Source: an uncultured Nitrososphaerales archaeon (GTDB taxonomy: Archaea; Thermoproteota; Nitrososphaeria; Nitrososphaerales; Nitrososphaeraceae). Taken from it: a stretch of DNA of 64,000 bases. Position 1 is the stretch's first letter, and each line of letters begins with the position of its first letter. The notes under the pieces were generated by a model. The model saw only the letters and a list, made by a program, of their open reading frames with translations. It was not told where the DNA came from and did not search any database. The translations under genes were made by a program, and so were the position numbers. The stretch covers positions 46,623-110,622 of the forward strand of contig CAVPXM010000047.1 of the NCBI GenBank assembly GCA_963709405.1. The letters are read 5' to 3'. This document shows, piece by piece, positions 1 through 10,944 of the stretch.

Positions 1-240
1 TTCTGAAGCATCATCTGAATATTCTACTAGTTCGACTTTCCTAGCGACAACATTTTGTAGTTGTTTAATTGTAGCTCCACCCTTTCCAATAGCAAGCCCC
101 ATCTGGTTCTTACTAATAATAAAAATTACGCGATCCATTTTGTCATCTACAACGCAGTCTCTAGCCGTGACGCTAGTAACGCTCTGAAACAGTGACATTA
201 GTCGCAATTCATTAGAAGTAAGCTTGATTTTTTCGGTCAT
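1..240 (-). CDS. nusA: Transcription elongation factor NusA (archaeal, KH domain), 3' end outside window
   Basis: ATG at 240; reads MTEKIKLTSNELRLMSLFQSVTSVTARDCVVDDKMDRVIFIISKNQMGLAIGKGG (KH GxxG); directly downstream of rpl30e as in the archaeal RNAP operon. Confidence 0.93.
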   Translation of the reverse strand, partial: MTEKIKLTSNELRLMSLFQSVTSVTARDCVVDDKMDRVIFIISKNQMGLAIGKGGATIKQLQNVVARKVELVEYSDDASE

Positions 241-370
241 TCCTCATGCCTCACAACAATATATTCTACGTATTAACATCGATTAGCAATTCTTGCTGAA
301 TATTAAAGTCCAATTTAAGTCTTCATACTGAGATAGGTTCATAACAAATCAATTCAAGAGAAATATCGAT

Positions 371-721
371 TTAATGACGAGTAGCCTTTCCGCCAGCTTG
401 ACCTAGCGACTTCTGATTCTGCTGAGCAGAAAGTATCATGCTAATATCTTCCTCAGTTCCAGTCTTTAGTGCAATTATACTGACCCGAAAGGGCTTATTG
501 CATAGCTTTCCTAGCTGTACAGAATTACCTTCATAATAGTAAATTGGGACCATAGAATCCCTCGATTTTGCTTCGATTTCTGATCTAGCTAACAATGGGA
601 CAGATTTTGAAAGTATGAGCAATTTTGAACCCTTGACCGATGGTAAAACCTCCTTTAAACCACATTTGTACTTACCAGGAGTCACTAAATCCTTGATTAC
701 CTTATTGAGTACTTTCACCAA
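371..721 (-). CDS. rpl30e: 50S ribosomal protein L30e
   Basis: GKYKCGLKEV and YEGNSVQLGKLCNKPFRVS motifs; lies between rpoA and nusA. Confidence 0.92.
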   Translation of the reverse strand: MVKVLNKVIKDLVTPGKYKCGLKEVLPSVKGSKLLILSKSVPLLARSEIEAKSRDSMVPIYYYEGNSVQLGKLCNKPFRVSIIALKTGTEEDISMILSAQQNQKSLGQAGGKATRH

Positions 722-3700
722 TGTCCTCTTCCACCTTCATATAAAGCTCCACCATACCTGTTCCAACGGGTACGGTTGCACCAACAATAACATTTTCCGT
801 TACTCCTCTCAAACTCTCAACTTGGCCCTCTAATGAAGCTTTTGCAATGGTTGGTACTGTGATTTCGAAGGCCGCTCTGGCAAGGACAGAAGTTTTTGTA
901 CCAGCAATGCCATGTCGACCTATCTGTTGCAAATAGCCTTTGGATGTCATTAGATCAGCTACAAGCATGATGTGCCTCATGTCAACCTCAAGTCCTTGTT
1001 CCTCTAAAGTGTTAGTAATCTCCTTGACTAGTGCGGTTCTCGCTGCCTCTATTCCCAATGTCTGCCATATCTCGTATACATTGTTAGTAGTAGATCTGGA
1101 GGTATCTATTCCATCAATTGCTACTACTTTGGCAAGATTAGATCCAGCTGTTTGAATAACCCATTCATCATCTTGCTTTACAATAGTAACTCGTTCAATG
1201 TCAGGTACACCTTTAACTCTGTTGTTGGAAAGCTTGTTTCTTAGTGTTAATAGAGTTTGTGCATCAGGTTCTCCCGGAACTGTGACCTTGATTGTGTTTT
1301 CCTTCTCGTTCATCGAGATCTCATATTTCTTCTTAGATCCTTTCAATACTTCATATATTTCCTGTATTGTACATCCACGCTCTGTAAGTTTAGTCTCAGA
1401 AACGCAAAAAGTAAGGGTCCCACCATAGTCTGTGTCTATTTTTTCTACTAAATCGCTAACTCTAGTAAATATTATCTCCCTCGCCACTTCCAATGCTTTT
1501 TCTCTGGATATTCTATGTTCTTTATCAAGATAGATATCCATAGTAGGTGTTACCGGCTTCTTCCTGGCATCTACTAGTTCTATTAGCCTAGGGAGACCCA
1601 ACGTAACGTTTCGCTCCTTAACTCCAGCAAAATGAAAAGTTCTGAGAGTCATCTGTGTACCTGGTTCTCCGATGGACTGCGCTGTAACTACTCCAACAGC
1701 CTCCCCAGGTTCTGCTCTGGCCTTTTCCATTAGATCAAGTGTTTTCTTTAGAACCCTTTCTATGCCTTCCAGACTAAGCGGATTTTCACTAAATGTAGTT
1801 TCAAAATTCCTCTTCAATCTATCATTCAGATCCTTTCCAAATCTTTTCAATATACTCTCAATCTCAGATTGTGCAGCCTTTTTCCCTGTATCTACGATTG
1901 ACTCACTTTCTATCAACCTTAAAATATTTACAGCTTCCCCATGATCGCTTTTCGCCGGATCTATTCCGTCTTCTCCATATAGGTACTGAATTATATTCCC
2001 ATGTGGATCACGAACAGTGTGATCGTATTCTATCTTAAGATGTTCAAGTGCGTTAATCAATCTTCTTTGCATATACCCGGACTGTTGGGTTCTAACTGCC
2101 GTATCGACTAGACCTTCCCTTCCGCCCATTGCATGAAAGAAGAACTCCAATGGACTGAGACCATCTCTATAGTTTGATTTAACGAACCCTCGCGAAGCAG
2201 GATTAGTATCATTCGTAGTAAAGTGTGGAAGAGATCTATTGTGATAGCCCTTGTTTATTCGCTTTCCTCTAATGGACTGTTGTCCCAACGCCGCAGTCAT
2301 TTGTCCAATGTTAAGAGTTGATCCTCGTGCTCCGGTGGAAGCCATAATAACACCAGAATTATTATCCGGGAACGCTCTGTCGGCAGTTTTTCCAGCCCTA
2401 TCTCTTGCTCTTGACAACTCATTTACCACATACAACTCGAGAGCCTCTTCAGGGGAGAGGCCTCTAGTAAGAGGTAAACTCCCCTGCTCATACTGTAGGA
2501 TCAATTCATGAACGTTATCGTATGCTTTTTGAACAACATCGTTAATCTCTTGTCTTGTTTTTTCACTCAACCATAAATCGGAGTAGCCGTATGTAAAGCC
2601 TCTATGAGTAATGTAAGTCTTGAGCATGATTAGTATAGAATCAAGAAATTTTCGGGCTGCATCATTTCCATAATCCTTCGCTATTCTATGAAGCACACTG
2701 TCGGGCTCCTCTGCTCCTATCGAAGCCTTATCTATTACTCCGCTAACAAGTTCTCCATTTCTGATTACCACATCTTTCCCTTCACCTTTTGCGGCCTTAT
2801 TCCATTTTGAGGTGATTATAAAGTTGAAGTCACGCGGAAAGAATAATGAAAAAAGCTGCTTGCCGGTGTAAAACTTTTCGCCTACACTATTAATCTTGAA
2901 TTCTGGCAGAGTACCTTTGTACCCACCTATCAAAGCCATGTTTGCAAATTCTTCCCTGGTAAGGATCGTTTGATCAGACGTAAGGAGGAATGCTCCTGTA
3001 ATAAAATCTCTTATCCCACCAATAATTGGCCCGCCATACCTTGGAGAGATGAGCTGATCCTGAACTCGCATAAGTAACGCTGCCTCTGCTCTGGCTTCCT
3101 CACTTTGAGGCACGTGTAAATTCATTTCATCTCCATCAAAATCCGCATTGTAAGGAGGACATACTGCAGGATGTAATCGAAATGTCCTATAGGGCAAGAC
3201 TCTGACATAATGGGCCATAATGGACATCCTATGCAAGGAGGGCTGCCTGTTAAAAATAACTATATCCCCATCTGACAAATGTCTTTCAACAAGATAGTTA
3301 CTAGAAAGAGAATCAGCTATCGCTTTCCGATCGCTAACATAGTCGAGCCGAATCTTTACTCCATCTGGCCTTATAATATAATTAGCACCAGGATATATAT
3401 TTGGTCCATTAATGACCAATTTCTTTAATCTCTCAAGATTCCATTGCGACACAGTCTCTGGTATAGTCAACTTTTTTGCGACGTCCACAGGTACGCCTAC
3501 ATTCGAAATTGCGAGATTTGGATCTGGAGAAATTACTGTTCGGCTTGAGAAGTCTACCCTTTTTCCTGAAAGCGAACCACGGAAACGTCCTTCCTTCCCC
3601 TTTAGTCTTTGAGTCAGAGTTTTCAAAGGTCGTCCTGATCTATGATGGGCCTGAGGAATTCCTGATACTTCATTGTCAAAATAAGTAGTTACATGATACT

Positions 3701-4518
3701 GTAATAAATCGACCAAATCCTGCACTATTAGCGGAGGAGTACCTGCCTCCTTGCTTTCTTTGAGCCGTTGATTAACCCTTATAATATCAACAAGCTTATG
3801 TGTCAAATCATCTTCTGATCTGATCCCAGTTTCCAGTATTATGGATGGTCTAACAGTCACAGGTGGTACCGGCAGAACTTGTAGTACAAACCATTCTGGT
3901 CTTGCCGTCTTGGGATCATATCCAAGAAGTATCAAATCTTCATCGGGGATATGCACCAGTCTCTCTCTAATTGTAATAGGCAACAGTCTGTTTTCACCTG
4001 CATCTGTCTTTTCCACGAAAATTGTTGGTTTAGTAAATACTAAATCATACTGTTCTATCTGACAGTGGGGACATACCTTGACTTTCTTTGCCTTATCAAT
4101 TATCTCATCTTTAACATTCTCTAACGTAATCACTGCATATGCAGACTTTACTGTCTCGCAAAGCTTTATATTTTGACAACTCTTCTGTCGTTAGTTTTAT
4201 ACGATTGCAGGATCTACATGTTATTATAAGCAGCTTATGAATATCGTCAACAAAAGCAATATGTAAAACGGGCTCGGCTAACTCTATATGTCCGAAGTGA
4301 CCAGGACACTTCGAAGAAGTATTGCCGCAAGTCGCACACTTCTGCCCAGGCTCCAACGTTCCGAGACGATTGTCCATTAATCCGCCTTGAACAGGCATTC
4401 CGTCCTCATCATATGTCTCAGGGGCTGTAATTTCTGCAACACTATATTTCCGAACTTCAACTGGCGACCATACACTAAACCGTATGCCTCCGAGGATTTT
4501 CGGAGATTCTTCCATCAT
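702..4518 (-). CDS. rpoA: RNA polymerase largest subunit, unsplit A'+A''; +1 frameshift near 4145 (probable sequencing error)
   Basis: N-terminal CATC and CPGHFGHIELAEP; catalytic NADFDGD; A''-type GEPGTQMTLRTFH in the same ORF; removing one T from AAAGTCTGCA restores K-A-A-Y-A-V-I-T. Confidence 0.97.
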
Positions 4519-4542
4519 TTTAGTAGCTCCCCCTATTGAGTC

Positions 4543-7500
4543 TCATACCTTCTCCCTCGCTATCAATCGTGGTGCTACGTTCAGGCTCATCATCTCCTGC
4601 AGTAGTAATTTAAAGGCATATGCGATGATTACAGAAGAGATTTTTCCCTTCTCCCCATCAACTCTACATACGTATCTGCGTTGCTTTACGTCAAAATATG
4701 CCAAAAGTCCGCACCGTTCGCAAATATTCACTTCAGCCTTATCAGACTCTTCAAGCAATCGGTCCTTCAACATCATCGATGCACCGTATGCAATGAGACA
4801 ATCCCTTTCCATTTCTCCGAATCTAAGCCCACCGCCGCGTGCTCTTCCTTCAGTAGGCTGTTTTGTGAGCATTTGAACTTGTCCTCTGGCTCTACTGTGA
4901 ATTTTATCTGCAACCATATGATGTAGCTTTTGATAATATACCACTCCGATGTAAACATCTGCGGGAAACCTCTTGCCGGTTCTTCCATCATACATTATTT
5001 CTTTCCCGCTATAATCAAAGCCATACTGTGCCATAACATCCTTAATATCGTCCAATTTTTCACCCAAGAAAGCAGATCCGTCAACGATTTTGCCTCTCAA
5101 AGATGCGGCCTTTCCCCCCAGTGATTCCATAAATTGTCCTACAGTCATTCTCGAAGGAAACGCATGAGGATTTATCATGATATCTGGCACAACACCCTCT
5201 GCTGTGTAGGGAAGATCTTCTTGACTCACGAGCATTCCTACGACTCCTTTTTGTCCATGCCTTGAAGCAAATTTGTCTCCTATTTCTGGTATTCTCATGT
5301 CACGCACTCTTATTTTGAACATTTTCCCACCTTCAACGGATTGAGTCATAATTACTGTATCGACAACGCCGTTTTCTGATGGTCGAACACCAACTGAAGT
5401 ATCTCTTCTGTAGGGGCCTTTCACTTCAAATTCCTTATACTCTTCCATAAACCTTGGAGGAGATGTTCTGCCTATGAGTATGTCTCCTCCACTCACAACA
5501 GCTTCGTGCATAATCGCACCGTCCTGTTCCAATAATCGATAAGCTTTCTCACCCCTATAGCCTCTAATATTTGCGTCGGACAACGGGAGTTCGAAGTTAT
5601 CCTTCATCCCACCAGGATATTGCTTTGCTTCCGCTTCATATACCCGATAAAAAAATGTCCTGCCTAGGCCTCGGTCCACTGAAGACTTGTTAAATACGAT
5701 AGCATCTTCGATATTGTAGCCTTCAAATGGTAGGACTGCAACTATCGCATTTTGTCCTGTGGGCCGCTCATCCAATCCTAGCAAATTTATTGCTTTTGTA
5801 TTAACCACCGGAATTTGAGGATATAACATAAAATGCTGTCTAACATAGGTACTCGCATTCATCAGAGGCGTAGAAAATCCGAGGCTCTGCTTCGCCATTG
5901 CACTTTCGTAGGTGTTTCTTGGTGATTGATTATGTTCTGGATATGGTATGATAGAAGCTCCCACGCCCAGAATCGCAGATGGGAATATTTCTACGTGAGT
6001 GTGAGCATTATCCATTTTCGACGCATCGATTGCAATATAGCAATTTTCTTCCTCATTGGCATCCACTAGTTCTATAATTCCCATATACAGGAGATCAGAC
6101 CAAGATAGAAATTTCTTAGTGACCTTGTCAATTATCTCATTAGTCATAAGTGGCTTACCTTCCTTGACAACGGCCAGGGGTCTCAAGACTCTTCCAGCAT
6201 TGCAGCTGATATACATCCGTTTAGTTGCATTTTCGTTAAAGGTGGAGTAGAAATAAATACCGACGTGTGGATAAATTTTGCCTGCTCTCCTCATCGTTCT
6301 TAAAGTATGTGCCAAATGTTCACCATCCTCCGCGTAGCCTATCAGTTGACCATCAACAAAAATTCTAGTGCCAATTTTCTTGAGAGGCTCCTTAGCCTCA
6401 TCAATATGTTCTACTCCAAGCTCAAATAGCTTCTCGACAATTTCCGCTGGTGGAGCGCTGACAGATATAATTGCAGATAGAGCCAAATTCTTAACTAGAC
6501 CACAATTTGAACCCTCTGGTGTCTCAGCTGGACAAATTCTACCAAAATGAGTAGCATGCAAGTCCCGTGCTTCAAAATTGGGTTGACTTCTGCTCAATGG
6601 AGACTGAATTCTACGCAAATGACTTATCGTTGACATATAGTTTGTTCGATCAAGCAGCTGTGTGACACCGACTCGCCCTCTTCCCCAATTGCCAGTTGCG
6701 ATAGCATTATTTAGTTTGTCAGAGATTATTCCTGGTCTAACCGCGGCCGCGACAGCGTTAATTCCACGTTTCTGACCGGATCTCTCGAGTTGATATTTCA
6801 TGTCTCTTATCAAATTTCTAAATGCGGTTCGAAATAAATCCGCTAACATTTGGCCTGCAAATTTTATCACTTTATTGCCGTAGTGATCCTTGTCGTCTGA
6901 ATCTATCCAACCCATTTTTAATTCAATCAACTTACTCGCAGCCTCCCCAAGGAAAAGCGCTTTTTCATGCCGATTATCCGGATTTTTGCCGAGATGTGGG
7001 AGTAAACCCCAATCAAGAAGAGTCTCCGCTCTTTTTATCTGGAACTCTTCAAGCATTCCAGGAGCAATCCTCTTACTTATGTATATTATGGCATCTTGGC
7101 TCGTGATAACGTCACCCGCCTTCTCGAAGGAAGGTTCTAACTCATCTTGAATGATTCCGTTTAAAGATACTGCATTTGCAATGTCCTTATCTGATTCGAG
7201 TCCTAATGCCCTAATCAGCGTGACTAGCGGTATATCCACAGGAGAACCAGGAATTTTAGCAACAACAGAGCCGTCAGGCCTCATGATCAATTCTAGCTTA
7301 GCTCTATAGCCAACTATTGAGGAATAGACCTTTGCCTTGTAGAGCAGTGTTCCAGTTGTTTCTTCCGCATCAACTATTATCTTATTGTACGAAAGATCTT
7401 CTAGCCCAACTATTACGCGCTCGGAGCCATTGATCACAAAATAACCCCCAGGATCTTTAGAATCCTCGCCCATTTCTATCAACTTAGGTTCAGGTAAATT

Positions 7501-7893
7501 ATGCAATATGCACGCATTTGACTTCACCATGACCGGCATGTCACCTACATGAATAAATCTTGATTCGAGTATTTTACCGTCCTCAACTATACTTGACTCA
7601 AGCATAATTGGAGAAGCATATGTTAAATTTCGAAGTCTCGCTTCCATAGGCGCTACGTGGGTTATAGATCCATCCAGTTCCATGATTCTCGGCTGTTGCA
7701 GCTTTATCTTGCCAAGTTTAATCTTGTATGGATATTCGGCCGTTTCGATTTCGATCTCTCCAACCTCGTCAATTATGCTCTGTAAACCTCGTTCCATAAA
7801 TTCGTTATATGAATTTAAGTGCTGGCGAGCAACCCCTTCTCGTCTCAAAATATCATTAATAATTGGCCACATTCCAAGCAATTCAGTCATCAA
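4543..7893 (-). CDS. rpoB: RNA polymerase subunit B (unsplit)
   Basis: GDKFASRHGQKG, NPHAFPSRMTVGQ and GGLRFGEMERD motifs. Confidence 0.99.
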   Translation of the reverse strand: MMTELLGMWPIINDILRREGVARQHLNSYNEFMERGLQSIIDEVGEIEIETAEYPYKIKLGKIKLQQPRIMELDGSITHVAPMEARLRNLTYASPIMLESSIVEDGKILESRFIHVGDMPVMVKSNACILHNLPEPKLIEMGEDSKDPGGYFVINGSERVIVGLEDLSYNKIIVDAEETTGTLLYKAKVYSSIVGYRAKLELIMRPDGSVVAKIPGSPVDIPLVTLIRALGLESDKDIANAVSLNGIIQDELEPSFEKAGDVITSQDAIIYISKRIAPGMLEEFQIKRAETLLDWGLLPHLGKNPDNRHEKALFLGEAASKLIELKMGWIDSDDKDHYGNKVIKFAGQMLADLFRTAFRNLIRDMKYQLERSGQKRGINAVAAAVRPGIISDKLNNAIATGNWGRGRVGVTQLLDRTNYMSTISHLRRIQSPLSRSQPNFEARDLHATHFGRICPAETPEGSNCGLVKNLALSAIISVSAPPAEIVEKLFELGVEHIDEAKEPLKKIGTRIFVDGQLIGYAEDGEHLAHTLRTMRRAGKIYPHVGIYFYSTFNENATKRMYISCNAGRVLRPLAVVKEGKPLMTNEIIDKVTKKFLSWSDLLYMGIIELVDANEEENCYIAIDASKMDNAHTHVEIFPSAILGVGASIIPYPEHNQSPRNTYESAMAKQSLGFSTPLMNASTYVRQHFMLYPQIPVVNTKAINLLGLDERPTGQNAIVAVLPFEGYNIEDAIVFNKSSVDRGLGRTFFYRVYEAEAKQYPGGMKDNFELPLSDANIRGYRGEKAYRLLEQDGAIMHEAVVSGGDILIGRTSPPRFMEEYKEFEVKGPYRRDTSVGVRPSENGVVDTVIMTQSVEGGKMFKIRVRDMRIPEIGDKFASRHGQKGVVGMLVSQEDLPYTAEGVVPDIMINPHAFPSRMTVGQFMESLGGKAASLRGKIVDGSAFLGEKLDDIKDVMAQYGFDYSGKEIMYDGRTGKRFPADVYIGVVYYQKLHHMVADKIHSRARGQVQMLTKQPTEGRARGGGLRFGEMERDCLIAYGASMMLKDRLLEESDKAEVNICERCGLLAYFDVKQRRYVCRVDGEKGKISSVIIAYAFKLLLQEMMSLNVAPRLIAREKV

Positions 7894-7897
7894 ATAT

Positions 7898-8149
7898 CTA
7901 GCCTTCTACGACGTAGCGGTAATATACACTTTCACCTGCGGTTGGGCTCTTTCTTGTTATTTTTATAATGTCTCCGGGACGTACCTCAAGATCCTCTATT
8001 CCTTTATCAGTCGTCGTGATATAAGGTAGCTGGCTAGGCTTTGCGTTAAATTTTCTTAACACTTCCTCTGCCAATTCCTTTGGCAATATTTCGTGCTTTG
8101 GCTGATAAACGTGATCAGTTATCGTTATGACTTTCTTTTCTGATGACAT
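7898..8149 (-). CDS. rpoH: RNA polymerase subunit H (Rpo5)
   Basis: HVYQPKHEIL and GDIIKITRKSPTAGESVYYRYVV; AGGAGG SD upstream. Confidence 0.97.
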   Translation of the reverse strand: MSSEKKVITITDHVYQPKHEILPKELAEEVLRKFNAKPSQLPYITTTDKGIEDLEVRPGDIIKITRKSPTAGESVYYRYVVEG

Positions 8150-8234
8150 CTTTTTATGATCCTCCTATAGTAGCCTTGTACGACAAATGCCATGGTAGAA
8201 AATTTTGAGTGAACACTAAGAGGAGGGAGAGCAA

Positions 8235-8256
8235 GATATCACATATAAGTGATATC
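8235..8256. promoter_or_regulatory. Perfect 8-bp inverted repeat enclosing the putative TATA box of the RNAP operon
   Basis: GATATCAC-ATATAA-GTGATATC; minus-strand spacer reads TTATAT, about 95 nt upstream of rpoH. Confidence 0.5.
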
Positions 8257-8342
8257 GATTAAATGTCATTAAAGCCTCATAACAAAAAACCAAAAGAGGT
8301 AAGTTAGATGATCATTTGAGCATTTCAGAAGAAATGATTATT

Positions 8343-9473
8343 TTATGCATTTGTGTCAAATTCGGATTTAACAAAAATAATGTCTGCGTCCGAGATTATA
8401 AGGATCTTATGATTTTTTCCATGCTTCGCTATCAAGCGATCTAACACTTCTTTGCTTCCACTGTATGGTATTAAGCCTAATTTCATATTTAGATAATATT
8501 GTGGGAGTGTCGACAAAATACCCAGGTCATAGTGTAATTTCAACTCTCGCAAGTACAAGAGATGCTCTAGTCCCTCAACATACGAGAGACCATTAAGAGC
8601 TGATTCTGCCTCAATTCGACCCTCCACAAAATCCCGGAGCACGCCACTACCTAAGCCTTGAATGTTCTCTGCCAATAACACAGCTGAACCATTCTTTTTT
8701 ACTAGATGTATCGAGTTCCATAGCGAGTTTAAAGAACACGAAAGAGTCTGATGCGGTCCTTCCTCATCACTCGCGCTAATAATCGCTGAACTAGTCCTGA
8801 TCTCGTCACTCACAATTATTGAAGATAAATGGCCAATTGCATTGTTAAATGCCTTAACCACATCATCATAATAAATGGCGGAAATTCCACACGAATTAGC
8901 TATCACTTCAATACACTCAGTCCTCATGTCGCTGAATGCTGAAAGTGCAACATCCAAGGGTGGTCCCACAACTCCTGGTGTTGGTAAATTCGTTACCCTT
9001 GAATTATAAGCTTTTGTCATCTTATCTGGATTATAATTTCGAAGTAGCGTTGTGGGTGCACCACTAAATCCAAACAATGGATCATACTTTGTATGAGAAA
9101 TCATTAAGACTCGTTGAAATTTTTTAAACTTTTCGCCTAATGGCTCTGAATCAATTCTGTCTATAATAAAATCCTTATTAGAAATATTTGCGCGTAATAC
9201 TTCAAGACATCTGGAAAAAGTCTGGATCGATATCTTTGATAAATCTATCGATTTATTGAGATCTAGAATGGTATCGACGACTTTGGCTACCGACTTTGAG
9301 CTGTCTAATAGAAGAATAAGGGTACTGCTATCCAACTTTACCCTGCTGAGAATATCCCTTATTTTGTCATCGGTTAGAAGGTCTAGATTCGATGAAATAT
9401 GCTTTAAAAGATTCTCGAACCTGATGTCGAGTACTATATATGTATGTCCGTACTTGAGCCATATTTCAGGCAT
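8343..9473 (-). CDS. LarA/DUF2088-like (lactate racemase fold) protein, degenerate
   Basis: Likely start MPEIWLKYG; YDPLFGFSGAP resembles LarA PHxxxGFSGGxK; G-SAVLLAENIQGLG resembles LarA GGxIILxAxCxEGxG. Confidence 0.65.
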   Translation of the reverse strand: MPEIWLKYGHTYIVLDIRFENLLKHISSNLDLLTDDKIRDILSRVKLDSSTLILLLDSSKSVAKVVDTILDLNKSIDLSKISIQTFSRCLEVLRANISNKDFIIDRIDSEPLGEKFKKFQRVLMISHTKYDPLFGFSGAPTTLLRNYNPDKMTKAYNSRVTNLPTPGVVGPPLDVALSAFSDMRTECIEVIANSCGISAIYYDDVVKAFNNAIGHLSSIIVSDEIRTSSAIISASDEEGPHQTLSCSLNSLWNSIHLVKKNGSAVLLAENIQGLGSGVLRDFVEGRIEAESALNGLSYVEGLEHLLYLRELKLHYDLGILSTLPQYYLNMKLGLIPYSGSKEVLDRLIAKHGKNHKILIISDADIIFVKSEFDTNA

Positions 9474-9999
9474 CAAGAAGCAATGATGTAAAGTTAAAAT
9501 AAATCTGTTTCCGTTCAACACCTATTTGACATTGCGTTCCATATTGCTTGTCTCTTGTTTTGGAGTTTCCTCTTAATCCACATTTACATCTAGAAAATTC
9601 ACCCGGTTAGTAGTAGCTCAGCAATAATTCGATAACTCTCTCACTCTACTTCCTCAAACTTAGCCCCTCTATTATTATATACTTGCAAGGGCAAAGAAAT
9701 ATGGACTCACTTATTCATGGCTATATCCGCATGAAACGCCATGAAAGAGATAATTAAATTAGGTAACATGCTACAGGTCCTGACCAATAACTCGACGTCC
9801 TAGCTGTATAACGACGCTAGGGTAAAAAAAATTTAGCCTGTAGTTTTAAGGCTGCATCAAGTAGTGCAAACCAAATGCTGTTATTCAAGCTTTATAGTAA
9901 ACAGATATTCTTTGCATTTAGTTTCTAGGATGACTGAACTGCTCCTGTGGATATGAACATTTATTTCATTACAAGAAAACAGCATCAAGTCAGGTATCG

Positions 10000-10564
10000 T
10001 TAACTTTCGTATATCATTAAATTCTTTTCTTCCAGCAAAGTATGCAAATTATGTACTGCTCTATATACCTCACTTTCTTTTTTTGCGCCAGTACAGACTA
10101 ACTTTCCGCTCGCAAATAACAAGATCACAGTTTTTGGATCTAACATCCTGTGTATCAGGCCAGGAAACTGCTCCGGTTCATACATACTTCTCGGAAGTAC
10201 TCTGGCAGCTCAGCTCTAAGTGAATTTTACCACCTAGGCTCGCAGAGGCTACTATATTCTGAATTTCTATTTGTGGTTCGTGCTCTATAGGTATTCCCCC
10301 TTTCTTTAATTTCTGAACTACGTTCTTTACTGCTTTTATTGCTTGGTCCTCTGACTTTGCGCCAGTGCATACCATCTTCCCAGAGCTGAAAATTAACGTA
10401 GCTGTTTTTGGCGATTTCAATCTGAACACTAATCCGGGAAATTGATCTGGATGATACTCAACATCTGGAAAAATTTGAGTAATAAGATTTAGATTCACGG
10501 TTTGATTCACAGTAGCCGAAGCTACAACATTTTCAATGCTAACGATGGGCTTGGTTTGTGGCAT
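10000..10564 (-). CDS. tbp: TATA-box binding protein; +1 frameshift near 10210
   Basis: Two TBP repeats ([28 protein letters not shown]; [28 protein letters not shown]) split over two ORFs. Confidence 0.97.
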
Positions 10565-10944
10565 ACTATAAGGGGGTTTATATATAGGCAATATATATAC
10601 TGTTTATAATATCATTATAGTAGATTTTAACATGGATTTTGAATCCCCATAAAAGTTTTAGAATACATAAGGTTACCGGACTGCGGCGACTAAACAAATC
10701 AATCATTCTATTATCTTAGAATTATCATGGCTAAGTAAACCGAATTTCGAGTTCGTGATAAGAGAATGCTCACTCAGATTAATTTTAACACAAAAAGAGA
10801 ATCTAATAGAAAGCTTCAACCTTTACGATCAGTGTTTGGTTATAACGCTAGACATGTGGTATAGCTTCTGCTGAAAGTCTAATTCCCAATATTTCATCTC
10901 ACTGTCCGAAACTCCTTTGCTGTGTGAGTGTTTTTTCGACGTAA

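Noticed and set aside
4111-4518. Apparent novel split of rpoA after the N-terminal zinc site
   Set aside because: Removing one base fuses the two ORFs, and the position does not match the known A'/A'' split; treated as a sequencing insertion
615-7150. Numerous plus-strand ORFs within rpoA and rpoB (likewise within sdhA, argH and infB)
   Set aside because: Antisense shadows of conserved genes
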